Shown here one piece after another: positions 56,755 to 64,000 of a stretch of 64,000 nucleotides of DNA. Under the pieces are notes generated by a model. It was not told the DNA's origin, made no database searches, and was given only the letters and a program-made list of their open reading frames with translations. The DNA lies in NCBI GenBank assembly GCA_036561785.1, contig DATCUT010000104.1:14282-78281 (forward strand), in the 5' to 3' direction. Numbering within the stretch: the first letter of the stretch is position 1; each line of letters opens with the position of its first letter. The position numbers and the translations under genes are program-made. Origin of the DNA: Rhodanobacter sp. (GTDB lineage: Bacteria; Pseudomonadota; Gammaproteobacteria; Xanthomonadales; Rhodanobacteraceae).

Positions 56755-57456
56755 TCACGCCGCCACATCGACCAGCACCAGTTCCGCGTCTTCCAGCGCG
56801 GTCACCTTCAGCACCGGCTCGTCGCGGATCGCGGCGCCGTCGCGGGCGTCCAGCTTCACGCCGTTGAGTTCGACCGTGCCGGTGGCCGGTACCAGGTAGG
56901 CGTAGCGGCCGGGAGCCAGCGTGTACTCGGTGCTTTCCCCGGCCTTGAGCGTGGCGCCCAGCACGCGCGCGTCGGTGCGCAGCGGCAGCGCGTCGGTGTC
57001 GTCCTTGAAACCGCTGGCCAGCGCCACGAAGCGGCCCGAACGATCGCCCTTGGGAAACGGCCGCGCACCCCACGACGGCGGCTTGCCGTTCTCGTCGGGG
57101 ATGATCCAGATCTGGAAGATGCGCGTGGTCTCGTTCTCCAGGTTGTATTCGGCGTGGGTGATGCCGCTACCTGCGCTCATCACCTGCACGTCACCGGCCT
57201 CGGTACGGCCCGCGTTGCCGAGGCTGTCCTTGTGGCTGATCGCGCCTTCGCGCACGTAGGTGATGATCTCCATGTCCGCATGCGGATGCGGCGGAAAGCC
57301 GGTCTGCGCCGCGATGGTGTCGTCGTTCCACACGCGCAGCGCGCCCCAGCCCATGCGCGAGGGGTCGTTGTAGCCGGCGAACGAGAAATGGTGCTTGGCC
57401 TTGAGCCAGCCGTGGTCGGCTCCGCCCAGGCTGTCGAAGGGTCTGCGTTCAATCAC
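56755..57456 (-). CDS. Pirin family protein
   Basis: HFSFAGY, HPHADMEIITY, HKDSLGN, MSAGSGITHAE; GTG start with GAGGAG RBS. Confidence 0.93.
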   Translation of the reverse strand: MIERRPFDSLGGADHGWLKAKHHFSFAGYNDPSRMGWGALRVWNDDTIAAQTGFPPHPHADMEIITYVREGAISHKDSLGNAGRTEAGDVQVMSAGSGITHAEYNLENETTRIFQIWIIPDENGKPPSWGARPFPKGDRSGRFVALASGFKDDTDALPLRTDARVLGATLKAGESTEYTLAPGRYAYLVPATGTVELNGVKLDARDGAAIRDEPVLKVTALEDAELVLVDVAA

Positions 57457-57578
57457 GGCGGTGCTCCTCATGTTGATCGCGCCAGGCTGGCGCCTGGGTA
57501 CAACATAAGGCTACGCAGCGCCGTCTGAAACGGGCGCGAAGGAAACGGATTGTCGTTGTTTTCGCGCCAGTGCCCGGC

Positions 57579-59162
57579 TTACCAGTCGGTGGGCCGGTAA
57601 TCCTTCAGGAACTGGCCCCACACGTGCTCGCCGGTGTTGAGGCCGCTGATGATCGGGTCGACGATGCGCGCGGCGCCGTCGACGATGTCCAGCGGCGGGT
57701 GGAAGCGTTCCGCCAGCACCTTTTTCGCGGCCAGCTCGGCGGGGTCCTCGTCGGTCACCCAGCCGGTGTCGACGCTGTTCATGTGGATGCCGTCGTTGTG
57801 GTAATCGGTGGCCGAGGTGCGCGTCATCATGTTCAGCGCGGCCTTGGCCATGTTGGTGTGCGGATGGCGGGTGGTCTTGAAGTTGCGGTAGAACTGGCCT
57901 TCCATCGCCGACACGTTGACGATGTGCTTGTCGCCTTCCGACGTACGCAGCATCAGCGGCTTCAGCCGCGCGTTGATGATGAACGGCGCGATCGCATTCA
58001 CCAATTGCACCTCCAGCAATTCCACCGACGGCACTTCGGCCATCAGCAGCCGCCACGAATTGCGCTCGCGCAGGTCGACCTGTTGCAGGTCCTGGTCCAG
58101 CCGGCCTTCGGGGAACAGGTGGCTCTGCGCCAGCAGCTCTTCCGGCAGCAGCGGCAGCTGCGACAACTCGGCAGCGCGGCTCAGCCCGGGCAGGTCGGAA
58201 CCGCGGTTGGCCAGCGCCGTCGCACCGGCCTCGGGCAGGATGTTCGCGCCGCGCAGGCCTTCGTAATGGCCGACCAGCCGGCGCACGTGTTCGGGCAGAT
58301 CGTGCAGCGCGGCGGTTTCGCCTTCCATCATGTGCGCGTAGAAATCCGGCGGCCGGCGCACGGTCTGGCAGGCGTTGTTGATGATGAAGTCCAGCCGCGG
58401 CCGCGTGGCCACCAGTTCCTGGCAGAACGCCTCGACGCTGGGCGTATGGCGCAGGTCGAGGCCGTAGACCTGCAGGCGGTGGCCCCATTCGCCGAAGTCG
58501 GGTTCGGCCGCGTAGCGCGCCGCCGAGTCGCGCGGAAAGCGCGTGGTGACGATCAGCTCGGCACCGGCACGCAGCAGCTTCAACCCGGCCTGGTAGCCGA
58601 TCTTCACGCGGCCGCCGGTGAGCAGCGCCACGCGCCCGCGCAGGTCGGCCAGCTCGCTGCGCTTGGCGTAGTTGAACGCGGCGCAGCCGGGGCACAGTTG
58701 GTCGTAGAAGAAATGGATGGCCGTGTACTTCTGCTTGCACACGTAGCAGTGCTTCGGTTCGATCGATTCGCGCGGCTGCGCAGCGTCGGCCGCGGGCGGG
58801 ATGTCGTGCGGCAGGAAACCTTCCGGCGCGTACGCGTTTGGCGTGGTGAACACCGGCTTGCGCCGCAGCGTGCGGATGCCGGTCTGGTTCAGCACGGTCT
58901 CTTCGGTCTCGACCTTGTTGGCATGGCGCGCCTTCTCGGCCGCCTTCAGCTTGATCCGGCGCGCCACCGGGTCGGGGTGATAGACCTGCGCCACCGCCTG
59001 GTGCAGGCGCTGGCGGTCGTCTGCCGGCAACCGGTCCAGCAGTTGGCGGTCGGCCGCCACCGATTCCAGCAGTGCCGCTGCGGCGCGCAGGCGCTCCAGC
59101 AGCGCGGCATCCGCGTCGTCGGGCAGGGGCGTGGGGGCAGGTGTGATCGTCAAGAGGGGCAT
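57579..59162 (-). CDS. Atypical SDR oxidoreductase with N-terminal CxxC-CxxC domain
   Basis: CYVC...CPGC, TGGRVKIG, INNA, VNVSAMEG, HPHTNMAKAALNM, VDTGW. Confidence 0.8.
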   Translation of the reverse strand: MPLLTITPAPTPLPDDADAALLERLRAAAALLESVAADRQLLDRLPADDRQRLHQAVAQVYHPDPVARRIKLKAAEKARHANKVETEETVLNQTGIRTLRRKPVFTTPNAYAPEGFLPHDIPPAADAAQPRESIEPKHCYVCKQKYTAIHFFYDQLCPGCAAFNYAKRSELADLRGRVALLTGGRVKIGYQAGLKLLRAGAELIVTTRFPRDSAARYAAEPDFGEWGHRLQVYGLDLRHTPSVEAFCQELVATRPRLDFIINNACQTVRRPPDFYAHMMEGETAALHDLPEHVRRLVGHYEGLRGANILPEAGATALANRGSDLPGLSRAAELSQLPLLPEELLAQSHLFPEGRLDQDLQQVDLRERNSWRLLMAEVPSVELLEVQLVNAIAPFIINARLKPLMLRTSEGDKHIVNVSAMEGQFYRNFKTTRHPHTNMAKAALNMMTRTSATDYHNDGIHMNSVDTGWVTDEDPAELAAKKVLAERFHPPLDIVDGAARIVDPIISGLNTGEHVWGQFLKDYRPTDW

Positions 59163-59317
59163 CCGTAGTCGAGGAGTAGAGGGCAGGCGCGTCGCCAACC
59201 GGCTATTTTGCCTGCTTTTTGGCCGGGCTTCGGAGAATGTCGGCCGGCTGCCCTGATCGTTCGGCCCGACCCAAGCAGACCCGAGATTCAGTTATTGCGT
59301 GCCAACGCACACTTTCA

Positions 59318-59333
59318 TGGCACGGGTGATGCA
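59318..59333 (+). promoter_or_regulatory. sigma54 (-24/-12) promoter
   Basis: TGGCACGGGTGATGCA: GG-N10-GC with TGGCAC. Confidence 0.6.
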
Positions 59334-59440
59334 AAAGTGGCGCCGTGGCTGTCCAGGCGGGACGGCATGAAGATCCGGGCAGGGCGGGGCGCTGGCAGAG
59401 TTGAGCGTCGTGACCGCCCACAGCGACGAAGGTTGTTTTT

Positions 59441-60538
59441 GTGAGTGTGCCGATAACCGCAGGTGTGCGTGTGCAAGAGGCCGTAACGGCCAAGTCTTTC
59501 GCTGTTTCCGCTCCATCCATCGACGCCCTGCTGGGCGACCTGCCTACCGCGCATCGCGCCCTGCCGATCGGGCGCCGGATCGCCGGGCAGGGTTGCCATG
59601 GCGCGAAAGCCGCCACCCGGTTCAGCACGGCCGGCAACAAGATCCGCATCCGCTTCGTCTATTTTCCGGTGGTCGACGACAACGACCGCCGGGCGGCCTG
59701 CCACCAGCACCTGATCGTTGCCGAAGTCCTGCTCAGCCGCGTACTCGCCGCCCGCGCCGCCGGCCTGCGGCCGATGGCTCCCTCGCTCGACTACGCCGCC
59801 GAGGCTCGCGCCACGGTGCGGCCGCCGCAGGCCATGTTCCACCCGGCCACGCTGGAATATCGCCGCTGGTACCGCGCCAACGGCTCGGCGCGCGCGCAAC
59901 CGCTGACCCAGGAAGCGCTTTCGTTGCGGTTGGCCGCCACCGATGACCTGCCGATGAAGGAAGCGCGCGCCCGCGTCGCGCAGCGCTCGCATGCCTTGCC
60001 GGCGCTCGACCAGGCGTGGCTGGTCGATCGCCGCAACACCCCGCTGGAACGGCGTCCGCTCAATCAGGTGGAATGCCGCGCCCTGGTCGGCGCCCTCGAC
60101 GGCGTCTGGCAGTCGTCGGCCGGTGCCTCGCACATGGAACGCGCGAACCGCCGGATCGCGCTGCGCGTGGCCGCCGCGCTCGGAAGCCTGCTGGACGAGT
60201 ACGTCGCGTCGCCGTTCAAGTCCGCTGTCTTGAGCGAAGCCTTCAACGAACACCACCTGGCCCACCTGCGCCAGACCATCGAGCACTCGCGCCGGGCGGA
60301 ATCCGCCTCGGGCACCTTGCTGGCCGGCCCCAAGGCCTGGTTTGCCGCCAAGACGGCGCGGATGCGCGCCGAACACCAGATCGGCCTGGCCATGTCGCCG
60401 GCGGCATCCACCACGATGCGCCTGTCGGGACGCCCCGTGGTCGCCGTGGTCGGCGGCCGCCTGCACACGTTCGTGGACGGCCGGCGTCCCGGTGCCCGTC
60501 TGGTTCCGGCCGCGCCGGTCTACGCCACGTTCGGCTGA
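59441..60538 (+). CDS. Hypothetical protein (365 aa), no recognisable family
   Basis: Long ORF with host-like GC3 downstream of a sigma54 motif; start uncertain. Confidence 0.65.
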   Translation: MSVPITAGVRVQEAVTAKSFAVSAPSIDALLGDLPTAHRALPIGRRIAGQGCHGAKAATRFSTAGNKIRIRFVYFPVVDDNDRRAACHQHLIVAEVLLSRVLAARAAGLRPMAPSLDYAAEARATVRPPQAMFHPATLEYRRWYRANGSARAQPLTQEALSLRLAATDDLPMKEARARVAQRSHALPALDQAWLVDRRNTPLERRPLNQVECRALVGALDGVWQSSAGASHMERANRRIALRVAAALGSLLDEYVASPFKSAVLSEAFNEHHLAHLRQTIEHSRRAESASGTLLAGPKAWFAAKTARMRAEHQIGLAMSPAASTTMRLSGRPVVAVVGGRLHTFVDGRRPGARLVPAAPVYATFG

Positions 60539-60573
60539 GCGGCAAACACCACGTCACCGCTTTCGCTCATGCC

Positions 60574-61596
60574 TCAGTGCACGTAGTTGAAAGCCACTGC
60601 CGGCGTGATCGTGGTCGAGGTATTGTGCCCGCCGGTGATCACGCGGGTGCCGAACAGCACACCAAGCCTGGGACTCCAGCTGTATTCGATCGCCGGGGCG
60701 AAGCCGAACGCCTCGCTGGAACGGCCGTCCAGGTGCAGGGCAGGCAAGCCGCCGGCATCGTGCAGGTCGTCGCCGCGCACGCGGGCGCCGTGGCTGCGCC
60801 GGTAGGTGACGTCGAGCGCCAGCACCCAGCGCTGGCTGAGGCTGTATTCCCAGGCCGCATTGACGAAGAACGAACTGCCGGGCCGGGCATGCCCGCGGAA
60901 ACCGTCCGGCGTGCCGTAGACGCTGGCGTCCTCGACCTGCGCCCGCGTCGAGAATGACTGCGCCACATTGAAGCGCATGCGCAGGATGCGGCCGTTGGAC
61001 AGCCAGAAATACGTCTGCGTGTTGACCTGCAGCGTGGTGGTGGTGGCGCCGCTGCCCAGGCCGTTGCCGGGCCGCCGGCCCAGCCGGTCGTACGTGCCGG
61101 TCGGCAGGGTTTCCTGCAATTGCAGCGAGACCGTGGGCCGCGAACTGCCCGCCGGCACATCGGTCAGCCGGTACTGCGCCTGCACGCTGACGTCGCCCAG
61201 CCCGATGCCGCTGCTGTCGCCAGGGCCGTCCATGCGGTTGTAGCCCAGCACCGGCACCAGGCCGACCGTCAGCCGGTCGGTGAGGCCGTAGAGCATGTAG
61301 GTGAGCGAACCGTAGCCGTCGGCATGCGGCGAGGACACGTCGTAGACATAAGGCTCGATCAGGACGTGGCCGCGCGGCAGGGTCGCCGCGGAGTTCGCCA
61401 GCATCGGCCCGGTCCACCAGGCATCGTCCTGCGACTGGCGCGGCGGCGCCGCCGCGGACAGCGGCACGACGGCGCGGGACGGTACGTCCTGCGCCCATGC
61501 AGCGAGCGGCAACAGGACAGCGCAAGACAGGCTCCATGCCAGCCGGCGCAGGCAGCGCCGGTGCGGAGTTCGGGTTGCTGCCGGATGCATCGTCAT
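60574..61596 (-). CDS. Outer-membrane beta-barrel 'transporter' (MetA-pathway/SphA-like)
   Basis: Signal peptide, WWTGPMLA, GLGD, LPTG.Y, alternating beta-strand pattern, aromatic C-terminus. Confidence 0.75.
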   Translation of the reverse strand: MTMHPAATRTPHRRCLRRLAWSLSCAVLLPLAAWAQDVPSRAVVPLSAAAPPRQSQDDAWWTGPMLANSAATLPRGHVLIEPYVYDVSSPHADGYGSLTYMLYGLTDRLTVGLVPVLGYNRMDGPGDSSGIGLGDVSVQAQYRLTDVPAGSSRPTVSLQLQETLPTGTYDRLGRRPGNGLGSGATTTTLQVNTQTYFWLSNGRILRMRFNVAQSFSTRAQVEDASVYGTPDGFRGHARPGSSFFVNAAWEYSLSQRWVLALDVTYRRSHGARVRGDDLHDAGGLPALHLDGRSSEAFGFAPAIEYSWSPRLGVLFGTRVITGGHNTSTTITPAVAFNYVH

Positions 61597-61893
61597 GGGC
61601 TGTCTCGCGTCGTCGTCTGAGAACGGTTTGGCAGCGGCCACGGTCCGCGCCTTCCGCGGAGTTGCCTGCCGGCTGCGCATCACACGCCATCGCGGCGTCC
61701 GGCGCCTGTGCCGGAAGGCGTGCCGGCAACATCGTGGGTCGTCCTCAGGATCGGCTTTTCGCGCCGGCCGCACACTCTGTTTCTTGCGCTGCAAGATGCT
61801 CGCCTTGCAGAGGGGCGCCCGCTGTTCCGGTGGGCCGGCAGAAGCGTACGATGCGCGGCGTGGAGCCCTGCATCGACATGGAGGTGTTCCGTG

Positions 61894-62266
61894 ATGTCCG
61901 ACATCCGGCAAATGCCTGCCGACGACTCGACGGACGCGCTGTTCGTCACGGTCTACGCGCGCCTCAAGGCGATGGCTGCGCGGCAACTGGCCAGCCATCG
62001 CCATGCCACCCTGGACACCACAGAACTGGGGGCACGAGCTGTACCTGCGCATGGGGCGGCGGGAGGCGCTGCGGTTCGCGCATCCCGCCCAGTTTTTTCC
62101 CTACGCCGCACGCGCCATGCGCCATCTGCTGATAAATCGCGCGCGCGACCGCCGGCGCCTTTGTGCAGGCGGGCAGTGGATGCGGGTCACACTCGACGAT
62201 CGCGACCTGAAACTGGCGCTCGACACCGCCGAGCAGGCACTGGCGCTGGACGCCGCGCTGAAGCGT
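61894..62266 (+). pseudogene. ECF sigma factor (TIGR02999/ECF43-like), frameshifted and truncated
   Basis: LFVTVYARLKAMAARQL..TLDTTEL | HELYLRM..FFPYAARAMRHLLINRAR..LALDAALKR; frameshift in the G-run at ~62028-62032; sigma4 region missing. Confidence 0.8.
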
Positions 62267-62288
62267 CGGCCCGGGGCGGGCCATCCGC

Positions 62289-62751
62289 GAGAAAAACCGC
62301 TCCGGCGCCGGCATTCCGAGCCTCGCCGGCGAGGCTTTTTGCTCCATGCGCCGACCGGCAAGCTCCGGCGACGGAGCTTTTTTCCTCGGTGCCGGAGCTC
62401 CGAACTCGATGCGCGAGGTTTTTTGCCCGTCGGTGAAGCGGCAGAGCTGCAGCGTTGAGGCTTTTTGGCTCAACGCCGGAGCAAAAAGCCCCGGCGCCGA
62501 AGTTATTTGCCCCGATGCCGAAGCTCCGGACTCCGCGCGTGGGGCTTTTTTGCCCGTCGGTGGAGTCGCGAAGCGGCAACGTTGATGCTTTTTTGCTCAA
62601 CGCCGGGGCAAAAAGCCTCGGCATCGGAGTTATTTGCCCCGACGCCGGAGCGGGGAAGGGCAACGCCGAAGCTCTTACGTCCGACGCCGGAGCAAAAACA
62701 CTCGACGATGGCGTTCCGCGCCTCGCGCAAGAGGCCATGGGAACCGACGAT
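62289..62751. repeat. Degenerate tandem array of ~22 self-complementary 21-bp units with phased A/T tracts
   Basis: Consensus about GGAGC-N5-GCYCC-GRCGCC; higher-order ~127-bp duplication (62415-62540 vs 62541-62667). Confidence 0.85.
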
Positions 62752-62863
62752 GCAGTCCTGCGTACCGACTGCGCAGCGGAAAGCATCAGGCGTGCCCGGC
62801 AGAGCGCGAGTGCCATCACATTTTCACTGCGCTATGCTCGGCCGGTATTCCGGGGGGGAATGG

Positions 62864-63475
62864 ATGACCATGCAGCGCTGGCTGATCGCCGCCGCCGTGA
62901 CCTGCGTTGCCGCTACAGGTTGTAGCGAAGCGCCAGACGGGAAAACGGCACAAACCGCACGCCGACCGCAACAGGCCGGCCAGGGCACGAACCCGCTGAC
63001 CACCGCCGGCCATCTCGCCGGCGTCGAGGCCGCGGGCCTGAGCGGCGACCAGCGCGCCATGCAGGCGCACGTCGACGCGATGCACAAGAACCTGATGCGT
63101 GACATGCGCCTGCCCGACCCGTCCCGCCGCATCGACCACGAAGCCGCCCGCGCCGCCGTGCGTCCGCTGCAAGGCGTGCAATCCGCCGTCTGGATCGACA
63201 ACGCGAACCTGCTGGTGATGGTCGGCGGCAGCCAATACCGCAGCATGGCAATGATCGACAACGTCTGCCTCGCGCTGGAACCGCTGGGCGACACGCTTGG
63301 CGTCGTCGTCAACGTGCAGGACGTGATGGCGAGGACGTCGGAGGGTGCCGATACGTTGTCGCGGAACTGCCAGCTCGGGGCAGGGGAGCGGGCGATGTTT
63401 CAGCAGAAGCGGCAGGTGGATGTGCTGGATCCGGAGGTGAGGCGGGCGTTTCGGGCACAGCAGGGGGGTACGTAA
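62864..63475 (+). CDS. Hypothetical lipoprotein
   Basis: Signal peptide with lipobox ATGC; two further Cys; RBS GGGGGGGAA. Confidence 0.75.
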   Translation: MTMQRWLIAAAVTCVAATGCSEAPDGKTAQTARRPQQAGQGTNPLTTAGHLAGVEAAGLSGDQRAMQAHVDAMHKNLMRDMRLPDPSRRIDHEAARAAVRPLQGVQSAVWIDNANLLVMVGGSQYRSMAMIDNVCLALEPLGDTLGVVVNVQDVMARTSEGADTLSRNCQLGAGERAMFQQKRQVDVLDPEVRRAFRAQQGGT

Positions 63476-63601
63476 ATGAACCTGATCTCCGTTTTCGCGT
63501 TCAGCTACATCGCCCTCCATTTCGATTCCCCACACGATGCGGGGATGACCACAGTGGCTGGAGGTGATAAGTGACTTTGCTCTCGATTTCGGAAGTTCCC
63601 T

Positions 63602-64000
63602 ATGGTTGATACCATCGATGAATATTGCCTCGCAGCGTCAAAATGGATTGCGAATCCCTGTTCTGTCGATATCCGCTTCGTGGCCGAGAAAACCGATAGT
63701 CAAGAGACGTTTCAAATTATCTTGGCCAGCGTCTCTTTTTATCCGTTCCATCTAACAAACAAAGAAGAATTCAGTTTCGAGATAAGCCCGGGTGACTTCT
63801 GGTTCGGTGCGCAGCAGTTCACCGATGTAGCAGCCGAAAATGCAATCTCGATGCTTCGTGATGCGGCTATTGGAAAAATGGTTGCTTACGGAAAGACACT
63901 AAGACTCAGCGATATGTCCATCGGTTTTCCCCAACGGGTCGCTGCTCCGAATGAGTGGTTCAATACTCTTGGACTTAGAGTCAGAACCTCCGTTAGCCAG
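63602..64000 (+). CDS. Low-GC hypothetical protein, 3'-truncated by window edge
   Basis: Open for 133 codons to the window end (MVDTIDEYCLAASKWIANPCSVDIRFVAEK...); GC and codon usage clearly below the rest of the window. Confidence 0.65.
   Translation, partial: MVDTIDEYCLAASKWIANPCSVDIRFVAEKTDSQETFQIILASVSFYPFHLTNKEEFSFEISPGDFWFGAQQFTDVAAENAISMLRDAAIGKMVAYGKTLRLSDMSIGFPQRVAAPNEWFNTLGLRVRTSVSQ

Noticed and set aside
62289-62751. CRISPR array or real proteins (ORFs 62187-62819, 62455-62925 and others) in the repeat region
   Set aside because: No constant repeat with unique spacers and no cas genes; ORFs are open on both strands because of repeat composition, and lack RBS or consistent frame.

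Overview
GC-rich (roughly two-thirds G+C by eye) chromosomal window from a Xanthomonadales bacterium, most consistent with Rhodanobacteraceae (inferred from gene order and protein style). Positions 1-44 kb are mostly core genome: glmM, tpiA-secG-tRNA-Leu, rne/rluC, nfuA, ssrA and smpB-ratAB-bamE-fur, recN, hrcA-grpE-dnaK-dnaJ-dapB, carAB-greA, rpmJ, fadH, cmk-rpsA-ihfB-lapAB-wbpL/wbpM-like-galU. Positions 44-64 kb are more accessory: a subclass B3 metallo-beta-lactamase, an Ada-box alkylation-repair cluster split by two orphan ABC permeases, REP/MITE elements, a sigma54-promoter orphan gene, a broken ECF sigma factor, a 21-bp-period self-complementary repeat array, and a low-GC ORF running off the end. 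The most interesting signals are non-coding. (1) A ~195-nt multi-hairpin RNA candidate with GGA/GGGGAG motifs lies downstream of a MASE1 kinase/LuxR-type regulator pair and resembles a Csr/Rsm sponge. (2) A ~130-nt RNA candidate with C-rich anti-Shine-Dalgarno loops is transcribed divergently from a LysR gene that has no protein-coding partner. The exposed motifs of the two RNAs are complementary, so they may form a regulator-sRNA-sponge circuit. All calls come from reading the sequence; no database searches were run.
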